The notes below the pieces were generated by a model. That model worked only from the letters and a program-made list of their open reading frames with translations. It searched no databases and had not been told where the DNA came from. A program made the position numbers and the translations under genes. A stretch of 64,000 bases of DNA from Parcubacteria group bacterium CG08_land_8_20_14_0_20_48_21 (GTDB taxonomy: Bacteria; Patescibacteriota; Patescibacteriia; UBA1544), in contig PEYJ01000011.1 in assembly GCA_002774425.1 (NCBI GenBank), forward strand, positions 35,915 to 99,914. The letters run 5' to 3'. Below are positions 51,365 through 61,570 of this stretch, piece after piece. The first letter of the stretch is position 1; each line of letters opens with the position of its first letter.

Positions 51365-52813
51365 GTGCCTTTAACCCAAGCAAAAAACACGTTGGAGAAT
51401 CTGCTTGAGGAACTCAAGAACAATCCCAATCCGATTGACGAGGAGTTGGTTCAGCTTGCTTATGTATTCGCATCAGCCGCTCACGAAGGACAGGTACGCA
51501 AATCCGGCAAACCCTACATCACGCATCCGTTGGCAACTGCCTTGACGCTTGCACGCATGCGACTTGATCAGCCGACTATTATCGCGGGCCTGCTCCATGA
51601 CGTTCCGGAAGAAACGCCAGTAACTTTACAAGAAATTAAAAAAAATTTCGGAGCCGAAGTCGCGCAACTCGTGGAAGGTATCACTAAGCTCGGAACGCTC
51701 AAATACCGCGGTATTGAACGTTATGCGGAAAATCTCCGGAAAATGTTCGTCGCCATGGCTCAGGACATTCGGGTAATTCTCATTAAATTCGCCGACCGCT
51801 TGCATAACCTGCGCACGCTGGAACACCTGCCAAAAGAAAAACGAGAGCGTATTGCGCACGAGACTCTGGAAATTTACGCACCGATCGCCAACCGTTTGGG
51901 CATTTGGGAAATGCAAGGGATATTGGAAGATCTGTCATTCAAGTACACCAATCCCGAAGACTACGAATGGCTGCGCACGTCCACGACACACCGCTACGAG
52001 CAAAAGCTCGCGTATGTCGCAAAACTGCAAAAAATTCTGGAAAAAGAGATGCTCAAGCAAGGAATGGCCTATACGATAGTTTATGGTCGCCCGAAGCGCC
52101 TCTACAGCCTCTACAAAAAGCTGCTGCGCAAAAACAAAGATTTTGACAAAGTGTATGACCTTGTTGCGTTGCGCATTATCGTCCCGGCGGTTGCCGATTG
52201 CTACACGGTACTTGGCATCGTACACGGGTTATGGCCTCCCTTGCCCGAGCGCTTAAAGGACTACATCGCCATGCCTAAGCCCAATGGCTACAGGTCGCTG
52301 CATACCACGGTATTCGGTCCTGACGGGGAAAGGGTTGAGGTGCAAATTCGTACGGAGGACATGAATGCCCAGGCGGAATTTGGTATCGCGGCGCACTGGG
52401 TATACAAAGAAAAAGATAAGCGACAACAAAAGCGAGAGTTGCAGTGGATTCAAGAGCTTGTTACCTGGCAAAAAGAAATCGCGGACAATACCGAGTACGT
52501 TAAAAAACTGCGGAATATTGATATTTTTTCTGAACATATTTTCGTCTTCACACCCAAAGGAGACGTTATTGACTTGCCTGACGGGGCAACCGTGATTGAT
52601 TTTGCTTATACAATCCACACGGACATCGGCAACCAGGCAACCGGTTCTTTGGTCAACGAAAAAATGGTAAGTTTGGACACGGTGCTGCAGGACGGTGACG
52701 TCATTGAGATTATCCGCGACAAGAACCGCAAGTACCCCAACCGCGACTGGCTGGAATTCGCTAAAACCGGAATCGCGCGCAGTAAGATCCGCGCACTCGC
52801 AAAACCGTTTTAA
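51365..52813 (+). CDS. RelA/SpoT homologue (HD, synthetase and TGS domains; C-terminally short)
   Basis: PYITHP, LLHD, KFADRLHN, RLKDY, YRSLHT, EVQIRT, VFTPKG, DFAY. Confidence 0.95.
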   Translation: MPLTQAKNTLENLLEELKNNPNPIDEELVQLAYVFASAAHEGQVRKSGKPYITHPLATALTLARMRLDQPTIIAGLLHDVPEETPVTLQEIKKNFGAEVAQLVEGITKLGTLKYRGIERYAENLRKMFVAMAQDIRVILIKFADRLHNLRTLEHLPKEKRERIAHETLEIYAPIANRLGIWEMQGILEDLSFKYTNPEDYEWLRTSTTHRYEQKLAYVAKLQKILEKEMLKQGMAYTIVYGRPKRLYSLYKKLLRKNKDFDKVYDLVALRIIVPAVADCYTVLGIVHGLWPPLPERLKDYIAMPKPNGYRSLHTTVFGPDGERVEVQIRTEDMNAQAEFGIAAHWVYKEKDKRQQKRELQWIQELVTWQKEIADNTEYVKKLRNIDIFSEHIFVFTPKGDVIDLPDGATVIDFAYTIHTDIGNQATGSLVNEKMVSLDTVLQDGDVIEIIRDKNRKYPNRDWLEFAKTGIARSKIRALAKPF

Positions 52814-52860
52814 CATAGAGTATATGGATCGCAGGTATGGATTTGTATTTTAACCACAGA

Positions 52861-53310
52861 TGTATAAGTCCACCCATTTTTTCAGTCTTCAGGCAGATTA
52901 ATCTTGTAATGATTTGATTGTAGCATGAACTCTAACGGAGAGTATTTGTTCTTGAACGCGTGATGAACTCTCTTTGTATTGTAAAACTCTAAATATGAGC
53001 GGAATTTGGTATTGAAAGCAGTGATATTGTTGAATAGGTCATCTATATTGTAATCAATGAACTCTTCCTGCAATGTTCGGTTTAACCTTTCGCGGTGAGC
53101 GTTCATCTTTGGAGTCTTAGGATAGGTATGAAAATGAGTAATTGATTTCTGGCTGTGTGGACACAGCATGGCCACGTAGGACAGCTCCAGATCCTTGTTG
53201 TGTATTGGCAGTATCACCTTAGGCGTTCTTCTTTGATTGTTTTTGGCATATTTATACTCATTTCCCAAAGCTAACGCTTTGGGGCAAAAACCGCCATATG
53301 TGTGTGGACA
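52861..53310 (-). mobile_element. Internally deleted IS481-like element
   Basis: N-terminus MPKTIKEERLR*..CPHSQ (ATG 53249) abuts integrase C-terminus PKTPKMNAHRERLNRTLQEEF..YNTKRVH; both ends begin with TGT. Confidence 0.75.
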
Positions 53311-53323
53311 TTGCCTTTGGTTG

Positions 53324-53352
53324 TTGACACGAATCGGTTTTTCAGCTATACT
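53324..53352 (+). promoter_or_regulatory. sigma70 promoter of secG
   Basis: TTGACA-17-TATACT. Confidence 0.75.
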
Positions 53353-53371
53353 GGGACTTGTTATTGTTTTT

Positions 53372-53590
53372 ATGTTACACGTACTCCAAATCGTTGAAAT
53401 TATTCTCTCCATCCTCCTTATAACCGCTATTCTCTTGCAAAATCAAGGATCGGGTTTGGGAGGTGCATTTGGCGGCGAGGGTAACGTCTATCGTACAAAA
53501 CGCGGTCTTGAAAAAAGACTCTTTCAAGCTACAATCGGGCTTGCAGTCCTCTTTTTCGGTATGGCAATCGCCGCCATATTTCTTAGTTAA
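53372..53590 (+). CDS. secG: Preprotein translocase SecG
   Basis: ILLQNQGSGLGGAFGG, TKRGLEK, two TM helices. Confidence 0.93.
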   Translation: MLHVLQIVEIILSILLITAILLQNQGSGLGGAFGGEGNVYRTKRGLEKRLFQATIGLAVLFFGMAIAAIFLS

Positions 53591-53642
53591 TGTGCGAAGG
53601 ATCATACGATAAGCGGGTATATCCGCGAATTTCTTACGCGTT

Positions 53643-55700
53643 GTGACACCTATCAACTCTTTTTCATTTCGTCAAAAAGACGGCACTGCTCCCGCTGCAA
53701 CAGAAGATCCCGGGGGAGAAGAATCAACGACACCGCGCATGCTACGAGGCATAGTAACACGGCTGCAGTATTTTTTTGCAATACGCAAGGAACGCAAGAT
53801 GCTCGCGCGTACAGCGCATATTGATCGGACGCTGATACGTAGGCTACGATCTCGCGCACTTCCCCATGCAAACCAACTTCGCTATTTTTCAACCACGTTA
53901 TCCGGGAAAGAGCGCCCACTCCTCAAACTGGGCATGTTGCTCATACTGGCGGGCGTGGGCATCATCACTTTTCGTTACATAGCCGCACATGTGGATCGCG
54001 TACCAAAGGTTGGAGGAAGATATACGGAAGCAATTGTTGGTCTACCCCAGTTCATCAATCCGATTTTGGAAACGAGCGATGCCGACAAGGACATTTCTTC
54101 GCTTATTTTTTCCGGTCTTCTCGCCTATGATGTCCACGGCGAACTCACTCCCGACTTGGCACGTGATTACACGGTAAGTGAAGATGGCAAAGTATATACG
54201 TTTGCGCTGCGCAACGATGTCGTATGGCACGACGGTCAGCCCTTCACTGCCGACGATGTCCTATTCACGATTGAGAGCATGCAAGATCCGCTCTATAAAA
54301 GTCCCCGCACGTTTAGCTTCCGCGGAATTACGGTTAAAAAACTTGACGACTTCACCGTACAATTCACACTTGAAGAGCCGTTTGCTCCCTTCATCACACT
54401 TTTGAGCATCGGGGTTATTCCGAAGCACATCTGGGAACATATTGCCCCCGAAAATACAGCACTCGCACGGGCAAACATTCAGCCTATAGGTACAGGGCCA
54501 TATCGCGCGCTCACCTTCACCCTCGGTGAAGACGGTACTATCCGCGACTACACGCTTTCCCGCAGTCAGGTATATTATGGAACGGCGCCATATATTGATA
54601 AGTTGGTATTCAAATTCTACCCGTCTTTTGAAGAAGCAATTGCGGCAGTTAAGCAGAGAAGCGTTGAAGGAGTAAGTTTTGTGCCACAGCGTCTTAAATC
54701 AAGCATCACGGCCGGAAAATATTTGGTTTTTCACACTTTCCAGCTCCCCCAGTACACTGCACTATTCTTTAACCAGGAACAACAAAAAATACTTGCCGAT
54801 AAGAACTTGCGCATCGGACTCGCACATGCAATTGATAAAGATCGTATGTTACGCGAAGCGGTCGCGGGCGAAGGTCAAGTCATTCACTCACCGATACTGC
54901 CCGGTTATGTAGGATACGATCCTTCGCTTGAGGGACACGCATACGATGTTCCTATGGCCGAGGCATTCCTTGACAAAACGGAGTGGAAGCGCATGGAAAA
55001 AGAAGGTTACGCCGCTCTCGTGGAAGCGCAGCACATCAAAGAACAGGAAAATCTCGCAAAAACTATCAATGCTGCTGCACAACCGCCCGAGGGAACGACA
55101 ACGGAAGCGTTGGCATCAACCACCCAACCCCTAGTCAAGGAGCCCCTGCCTGACGTGCCGTACTTGAGAGTCAATAAAGATGGCAAGCCGCTGGTGCTGA
55201 CGCTGACTTTGATTGATACCCCCATCAACGAAAATATTGCATACCTCTTAAAAGATATGTGGGGTGCGGTAGGTATACAGCTGGAAATTCGTTCTATAGC
55301 GGCAAATGCGATACGGCGCGAAATACTGCGTCCGCGCGATTATGAGATACTCCTCATAGATGAAGTGGTAGGCTTTGACCCTGATCCTTATGTGTTCTGG
55401 CACTCAAATCAAACGGAACATCCCGGACTAAATTTCGCGAAGCTTGCCAATCGGCACGTGGACGAACTCTTAGAACAAGCCCGGCAAACGAATGATCGGA
55501 CCATACGCGCCGAAAAGTACCAAGAATTCCAAAAGTTACTCATAGGTGAATTACCGGCAATTTTCCTCTACACACCAACGTATACCTATCTCACGAGCAG
55601 CAATCTGGAGGGTATTGCCGTTGAGCGCGTTACTATACCGGCAAATCGCTTCTCGGGCATTGCCAACTGGTACGTAAAAACCCAGTGGGTGTGGAAATAA
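53643..55700 (+). CDS. Peptide ABC transporter substrate-binding protein (family 5)
   Basis: LIFSGL, PDLA, WHDGQPFTADDVLFT, PIGTGPY, DPYVFWHS, LPAIFLY. Confidence 0.92.
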   Translation: MTPINSFSFRQKDGTAPAATEDPGGEESTTPRMLRGIVTRLQYFFAIRKERKMLARTAHIDRTLIRRLRSRALPHANQLRYFSTTLSGKERPLLKLGMLLILAGVGIITFRYIAAHVDRVPKVGGRYTEAIVGLPQFINPILETSDADKDISSLIFSGLLAYDVHGELTPDLARDYTVSEDGKVYTFALRNDVVWHDGQPFTADDVLFTIESMQDPLYKSPRTFSFRGITVKKLDDFTVQFTLEEPFAPFITLLSIGVIPKHIWEHIAPENTALARANIQPIGTGPYRALTFTLGEDGTIRDYTLSRSQVYYGTAPYIDKLVFKFYPSFEEAIAAVKQRSVEGVSFVPQRLKSSITAGKYLVFHTFQLPQYTALFFNQEQQKILADKNLRIGLAHAIDKDRMLREAVAGEGQVIHSPILPGYVGYDPSLEGHAYDVPMAEAFLDKTEWKRMEKEGYAALVEAQHIKEQENLAKTINAAAQPPEGTTTEALASTTQPLVKEPLPDVPYLRVNKDGKPLVLTLTLIDTPINENIAYLLKDMWGAVGIQLEIRSIAANAIRREILRPRDYEILLIDEVVGFDPDPYVFWHSNQTEHPGLNFAKLANRHVDELLEQARQTNDRTIRAEKYQEFQKLLIGELPAIFLYTPTYTYLTSSNLEGIAVERVTIPANRFSGIANWYVKTQWVWK

Positions 55701-55785
55701 TACACAAGTAAGCTGGGAGGGAACAAGGGTAGCACCTACCGCAAGCACAAACTTCATACTTCATGCTCCGTACTTCTTGTACCTT

Positions 55786-55872
55786 GCCGCAGTGGTGGAA
55801 CTGGTAGACACGCAGCGTTCAGGGCGCTGTGACTTTCGGGTCGTGAGAGTTCAAATCTCTCCTGCGGTACCA
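55786..55872 (+). tRNA. tRNA-Leu(CAG)
   Basis: Acceptor stem GCCGCAG/CTGCGGT, D-loop GGTAGAC, anticodon loop TTCAGGG, long variable arm, GTTCAAAT, encoded CCA. Confidence 0.96.
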
Positions 55873-56104
55873 TCCTTCGCCAAAACTTCAGAGTAGCCAG
55901 CCATTTTTGCGAACGATAAGATGTCTATGCGGAGTAAAGCCGAAAGGCATTCCCCATCAATAACCTCTACTATGTATCCTCCTATTTATTTATCTACGTA
56001 ATAATAACGCAACCTATCTTACAATTTTTAATGTACACTTCTTAAAGTATTTTTGCTTTTTGTTGCTGGAGTTAGTTGTAAGCATAAAGTTCAGCGTACG
56101 TTCT

Positions 56105-57928
56105 ATGGAACAAACTTATAAACCTCACTTAAAACGCCCCCAAAAGAATCCTTCGGGGGATCATGTACCGCGAACTCGCGGTGAAAGAAACGGCCGTAAA
56201 AAATCGTTTACCGTGAAACGAGAGAAAAAAGACGAGCCGCAAAAATACACTAAAACCGGACCGGAAAACAAGCTCAAAATCATTGTACTCGGAGGCTGCG
56301 AAGAAGTCGGCCGCAATATGACGCTTTTGGAATACGGAAACGACATCATCCTCATTGACATGGGTCTGCAGTTCCCAGAAGAAGATATGCCGGGCATTGA
56401 CTACATTATTCCCAATATTGAGTACTTGCAGGGCAAAGAAAAAAATATCCGTGCCGTCATCATCACCCATGGCCACTACGACCACATCGGCGCAATTCCG
56501 CACTTGATGCCCAAATTGGGCAATCCCCCCCTCTACACGACAAGGCTCGCATTGGGTATCATTCAAAAGCGACAGGAAGATTTTTCTCGCGGTCTGCCAT
56601 TTCCCGCAACAGCAATTGATATTGAGAAAGGCCAGCTCCAGTTGGGTGTCTTCCGCGTGGAATTTTTTCGCGTGGATCACAACATCCCTGATAGCATGGG
56701 GTTGATTGTACACACGCCGGAAGGCATCGTGGTGCATACGGGCGACTTTAAAATCGACCACAATCCATCTGGTGTGGCGGGAGATATCGCTAAAATCGCA
56801 AAATTGCATGACCAGAACGTATTGGTGCTGATGAGTGATTCCACGAATGCGCAAATGCCGGGTTTCCAAATTTCGGAAAAGGAAATTAAAGGAACACTTG
56901 AGCAAATCCTCCTTACCGCCAAGGGGAGAATTATCATCGGCACTTTTGCCTCCATGCTCAACCGCATCAAGCAAGTGATAGAAATTGCCGAAAAAACAGG
57001 CCACAAGGTGCTGATTGAAGGCTACAGCATGAAAAATAATGTGGAGATTGCGCGCAATCTCGGCTACATGCAACTACCGCGCGGCGTAGTGCTGGATAAC
57101 GTCAATCAGGCTTTGGGCATCCCAAAAAACAAGCTCATCATCATTTGCACCGGCGCGCAAGGTGAAGATAAGGCGGCGCTCATGCGTATTGCCAATCGCG
57201 AGCATCGCTACTTCGCCATTGAAGCGGGTGATACGATTATCTTCTCTTCTTCGGTTATTCCGGGAAATGAACGCACGGTTCAGCGACTCAAAGACACGCT
57301 TTACCGCGAGGGCGCGAAAGTCATTCACTACCAAATGATGGATATTCACGCGGGAGGCCATGCCAAGCAGGAAGATCTGAAACTCATACTGCGCCTCGTC
57401 AATCCCCGCTTCTTCATGCCCATTGAAGGCAATCACTATTTCCTCAAAATTCATGCGGAGTTGGCCGAATCCATCGGCATGGACCCTAAAAATATTTTTG
57501 TGGCGGATAACGGTCAGGTGGTTGAATTCCAGGGAGGTAAAGGCAAGCTCACAAACAAAAAAGTCCCTGCAGATTACGTCTTTGTTGACGGGCTGGGGGT
57601 TGGAGATGTGAGTAATATCGTGCTTCGCGACAGACGCACGATGGCGGAAGACGGCATGTGCGTCATCATCGCAACTATTGACGCGAGATCCGGTGCGCTC
57701 ATTGGCTCACCCGATATTATTTCCCGAGGTTTCATCTACCTCAAAGAAAATAAAGAAATTATTGATCAAACCCGCGAAAAAGTAAAAAATATTTTGCGGA
57801 CGCACGATCCGAAAGCGGCGGCAAACGATACGTATATCAAGAACAAAATCCGCGATGATATCGGGCAATTTCTCTTCTCCAAAACAAATCGCCGACCGAT
57901 GATTCTGCCAGTGGTCATTGAAGTATAA
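56105..57928 (+). CDS. rnj: Ribonuclease J
   Basis: EVGRNM, THGHYDHIGA, HTGDFK, GAQGE, IPGNE, HAGGH, RRPMILPV. Confidence 0.97.
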   Translation: MEQTYKPHLKRPQKNPSGDHVPRTRGERNGRKKSFTVKREKKDEPQKYTKTGPENKLKIIVLGGCEEVGRNMTLLEYGNDIILIDMGLQFPEEDMPGIDYIIPNIEYLQGKEKNIRAVIITHGHYDHIGAIPHLMPKLGNPPLYTTRLALGIIQKRQEDFSRGLPFPATAIDIEKGQLQLGVFRVEFFRVDHNIPDSMGLIVHTPEGIVVHTGDFKIDHNPSGVAGDIAKIAKLHDQNVLVLMSDSTNAQMPGFQISEKEIKGTLEQILLTAKGRIIIGTFASMLNRIKQVIEIAEKTGHKVLIEGYSMKNNVEIARNLGYMQLPRGVVLDNVNQALGIPKNKLIIICTGAQGEDKAALMRIANREHRYFAIEAGDTIIFSSSVIPGNERTVQRLKDTLYREGAKVIHYQMMDIHAGGHAKQEDLKLILRLVNPRFFMPIEGNHYFLKIHAELAESIGMDPKNIFVADNGQVVEFQGGKGKLTNKKVPADYVFVDGLGVGDVSNIVLRDRRTMAEDGMCVIIATIDARSGALIGSPDIISRGFIYLKENKEIIDQTREKVKNILRTHDPKAAANDTYIKNKIRDDIGQFLFSKTNRRPMILPVVIEV

Positions 57929-57945
57929 AACGTGCAAAACATACG

Positions 57946-57971
57946 ACGCGGCAGGATAACTGCCGCGTTTT
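57946..57971 (+). terminator. Intrinsic terminator after rnj
   Basis: ACGCGGCAG-GATAA-CTGCCGCGT followed by TTT. Confidence 0.65.
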
Positions 57972-58037
57972 ATATTTGCAAAGATTTGCAAAAAATCCCG
58001 TAAAAAGGTACACTACGTGCGTAGTAATCGAAAGCCT

Positions 58038-59036
58038 ATGCCCTCAAATAAAGAAATTATCATTAGTGGCATTAAGCCAACTGGCCGCCTTCATATCGGA
58101 AATTATCTGGGTGCGATTAAGCAATGGGTAGAGCTGCAACACTCCCATACATGCTATTTTTTTATAGCGGATTGGCACTCAATGACCGACGTCTACGACC
58201 CCAAAACCCGCTATCAAGAGGTTCTTGACATGGCCGCGTCATTGCTTGCGCTTGGCATTGACACCGATGCAAGCACGCTCTTCGTACAATCTCGCGTGCT
58301 GGAACACACGGAGCTTTGTTGGATATTCAATACTATTACGCCAATGGCGTATGCGGAACGCATGACCCAATACAAGGATCAAGCTCAGGCGCAAAAGAAA
58401 AACGTAAATGTGGGTCTGTTTGATTATCCGGTGCTTCAGGCCGCGGATATTCTCATATACAAAGCTACAGCCGTACCTGTAGGCAAAGACCAAGTACAGC
58501 ACGTGGAGCTGACACGCGACATCGCGCGGTTTTTCAATAGTCGCTTCGGAAAAACTTTTTCCGAACCAAAAGCGCTCTTAACCGCAACCGAGAAAGTCAT
58601 GAGTCCCTTGGACCCCGAAAAAAAGAAGATGAGTAAGTCCCTAGGTGATGCTCACTGCCTCTATCTGGATGATGCACCGGGGGCGTTGCAACAAAAATTA
58701 CGCCGCGTGGTAACCGATACCGGACCATCCGGAAAAGGAAGAAAATCTCCCGGCGTTGAAAATCTTTTTGCGCTCCTTAATATATTTGGTAGTATAGCAC
58801 GTGTGCAAGCGTTTGAACTCGCATATGCGGAGGGAACAATACGCTATGCGGAACTTAAAAATGCCGTTGCAGACGCTATCGCATCTTCTTTTGCGGAATT
58901 TCGCAAGAAAAAAGAAAAGATTCTCGCCGATACCGTTTCGCTTGAACGGCTACTGGAGCAAGGCGCGGTACGCGCACAAAAAATCGCCCGAGATACTATG
59001 CGGGAGGTTCGAAAAAAAACGGGCTTGAGTAACTAA
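58038..59036 (+). CDS. trpS: Tryptophan-tRNA ligase
   Basis: PTGRLHIGNYLG, YPVLQAADIL, VPVGKDQ, KMSKS. Confidence 0.98.
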   Translation: MPSNKEIIISGIKPTGRLHIGNYLGAIKQWVELQHSHTCYFFIADWHSMTDVYDPKTRYQEVLDMAASLLALGIDTDASTLFVQSRVLEHTELCWIFNTITPMAYAERMTQYKDQAQAQKKNVNVGLFDYPVLQAADILIYKATAVPVGKDQVQHVELTRDIARFFNSRFGKTFSEPKALLTATEKVMSPLDPEKKKMSKSLGDAHCLYLDDAPGALQQKLRRVVTDTGPSGKGRKSPGVENLFALLNIFGSIARVQAFELAYAEGTIRYAELKNAVADAIASSFAEFRKKKEKILADTVSLERLLEQGAVRAQKIARDTMREVRKKTGLSN

Positions 59037-59173
59037 TGTATACTGAGTCGACATACACTAAGCACGAAATCATCAATACTCCACAACAGCAGTTTCCAAA
59101 TCCAAAAAAGTAGCCGGGTTTTTGAAAAAATGCGTATGGTGCATTTCTTCATGAGAATCTAGCATTTCATGTT

Positions 59174-60445
59174 ATGTCATCCGCTTTTACCAACGCGCTC
59201 ACTCAGCTTGAAAAAGCTGCGCGTGTACTCAAACTACACCCGCACGTTCATGAACTCATGAAGCGTCCGCAGCGTATCCATGAAGTAGCCATTCCCATTC
59301 GCATGGATAATGGGGAATTGAAAAATTTTCGAGGATTTCGGGTCCAGTATACTAATGTACGCGGACCATATAAGGGTGGCATACGCTTCCACCCGCAGGT
59401 TGATTTGCAGGAAATGCAGGCTCTTGCATTCTGGATGGCATTGAAGTGCGCCGTTGTTGGCATTCCCTTAGGAGGTTCCAAAGGCGGTATTGAAGTTGAC
59501 CCAAAAAAACTTTCCGAGGGTGAGCTGGAACGCTTGAGTCGCGGATATGTCCGCGCGCTTTTTCTGGAGCTGGGGCCGCAAATAGACATTCCGGCGCCGG
59601 ATATCTATACCAACCCACAGATCATGGGCTGGATGATGGATGAGTATTCGCGCATGATCGGCTACACCGCTCCCGCCTCATTTACGGGAAAGCCTCTGGA
59701 AGTCGGGGGTTCGGAGGGACGCGCAAGATCCACCGCATACGGCGGTTTCGTGCTGTTGGATATCATGCGCAAGAGATTGCAGAAAGATCCGAAAGACACG
59801 CATTTGATCATTCAGGGTTTCGGCAATGCCGGCTTGACGCTTGCCCAGCTTGCCTATAAAGCGGGTTATGTGATCGTAGGACTCTCGGATTCGCAGGGTG
59901 CTATCTATAGCACTACTGGCAAGAGCATGAATCCAAATCTCGTTTTGAAGCGCAAGCTGGAAGAAGGATTGATTGACGGCATATACTGCAAAGGCACTGT
60001 ATGTGATACGGTGAATTTCCAGCCGATGTCCAATGCCGAACTCCTGATATCCGATTGCGATATACTCGTGCCTGCCGCCATAGAAAACCAGCTTACCAAA
60101 GAGAATGTGCGTGAGATCAAGGCGAAAGTTGTATTGGAATTAGCCAATGGTCCAACCACGCCCGAGGCGGATGAGATGCTCTTCAAAAAAGGTATACCGG
60201 TCGTCCCTGATATTTTGGCAAATGCCGGAGGAGTCACGGTTTCGTATTTTGAGTGGTTGCAAAATCTGCAAAACTTCTCTTGGAAAGAAGACGAGGTAAA
60301 CACCAAACTTGAAAAAATTATGGTGGAAGCGTTTGATACCGTATGCAAGAAGCAAGCGGAACATAAAACGGATATGCGTACCGCAGCGTTTATGGTAGCT
60401 TTGGAACGTATTGCATCCGCTATGCAGGCGCGTGGGTGGGTATGA
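59174..60445 (+). CDS. Glu/Leu/Phe/Val dehydrogenase (probable glutamate dehydrogenase)
   Basis: GPYKGGIRFHP, GGSKGG, DIPAPD, QGFGNAG, ELANGP, NAGGVTVSYFEW. Confidence 0.95.
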   Translation: MSSAFTNALTQLEKAARVLKLHPHVHELMKRPQRIHEVAIPIRMDNGELKNFRGFRVQYTNVRGPYKGGIRFHPQVDLQEMQALAFWMALKCAVVGIPLGGSKGGIEVDPKKLSEGELERLSRGYVRALFLELGPQIDIPAPDIYTNPQIMGWMMDEYSRMIGYTAPASFTGKPLEVGGSEGRARSTAYGGFVLLDIMRKRLQKDPKDTHLIIQGFGNAGLTLAQLAYKAGYVIVGLSDSQGAIYSTTGKSMNPNLVLKRKLEEGLIDGIYCKGTVCDTVNFQPMSNAELLISDCDILVPAAIENQLTKENVREIKAKVVLELANGPTTPEADEMLFKKGIPVVPDILANAGGVTVSYFEWLQNLQNFSWKEDEVNTKLEKIMVEAFDTVCKKQAEHKTDMRTAAFMVALERIASAMQARGWV

Positions 60446-60624
60446 TGCCATGAAGCATTAAATTACAGACGTAAAAAAACTCGGGGGATCTCCCGAGTGT
60501 TACTGTAAAAGGGCAGGCAGTACTACGACGAGGTGGCAAGACAATAAGTATATCGGACTTTTTCTTTTTTATAGTCAACTATAACTATTTGCAGTATACC
60601 TTATGCTCAAAAAACTGCAAGTTT

Positions 60625-61422
60625 TCACTTTCCAAAATCAACTTTGTGCAGGGTGACGGATTCTCCTAACAGCCTCAAAGCGGTTTTTTGAAATTGTGGC
60701 GTCAGGTCAGATACATAAAACGCATCTTTTTTCTTTTTTGATAATTTTTTCTCCCATTCCGGGTGATTATTGAGAAAGTGCGCAACCGATGCGGCTTGCG
60801 CTTCAGCCGAATCAACGAGCGCTACACCGTTACCAATTTTTTGCTGAAAGAGCGATTTGAGCAGCGGGTAGTGGGTACAGCCCAGTACGAGCGTATCCAC
60901 GCCCTTAGCCCGCAAGGGATGAACGTACTTGCGTATGATGCGCTTCGTTTCTCCAGAATCAAGCCATCCCTCTTCAACGAGAGGCACGAGCAAAGGGCAT
61001 GCCACGCTTACTACCTTCGCTTTGCCCCCGCTCAATTTTTCGGCATAGCTTTCATACATACCGCTCGCAACCGTGGCACGCGTACCGACTAATCCTATGC
61101 GTCCATTTTTCGTTGCAGCGATCGCGGCCTCAACTGCGGGCGTAACAACACCAAAGAATGGCACATCGGGAAAAGCTTTGCGGAGCTGCACCGTTGCGGC
61201 GGCTGAAGCGCTGTTGCACGCAACCACGATCATTTGCGCCCCATGCGCCAGAAGCCATTCGGTGTTTTGCCGCGCGTAGCGCAGGAGCGTCTCGGAGCTC
61301 TTGGTTCCGTAGGGCATACGCGCCGTATCACCGAAGTAGAGCAGCGAATATTCGGCAACAAGCTCCCGAAAAGCTTTTACCACGGTGAGTCCGCCAATTC
61401 CCGAATCAAAAATACCGATCAT
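60625..61422 (-). CDS. murI: Glutamate racemase
   Basis: FDSGIGGL, PYGTKS, VACNSAS, LGCTHYP. Confidence 0.97.
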   Translation of the reverse strand: MIGIFDSGIGGLTVVKAFRELVAEYSLLYFGDTARMPYGTKSSETLLRYARQNTEWLLAHGAQMIVVACNSASAAATVQLRKAFPDVPFFGVVTPAVEAAIAATKNGRIGLVGTRATVASGMYESYAEKLSGGKAKVVSVACPLLVPLVEEGWLDSGETKRIIRKYVHPLRAKGVDTLVLGCTHYPLLKSLFQQKIGNGVALVDSAEAQAASVAHFLNNHPEWEKKLSKKKKDAFYVSDLTPQFQKTALRLLGESVTLHKVDFGK

Positions 61423-61570
61423 AAGAATAAGTACATGTTATTGTATACGACCGCAAATAGTACCTAAGGTCTAGACCGAGAAAATCCAATTGAGATTGGT
61501 GGTTTTTTTGTAAGATGTTTCTCAAAAGCATGTTCACCGCAATACAGTAAATTGTATTACCTCTAGTTAT

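Noticed and set aside
55786-55960. Integrated element at tRNA-Leu
   Set aside because: No integrase and no duplicated tRNA 3' end were seen; only a degenerate palindromic stub follows.
56129-57073. Long antisense ORFs (also 27642-28499, 31891-32799, 35380-36081, 63034-63969)
   Set aside because: They shadow well-supported genes on the opposite strand and show no motifs or expression signals.
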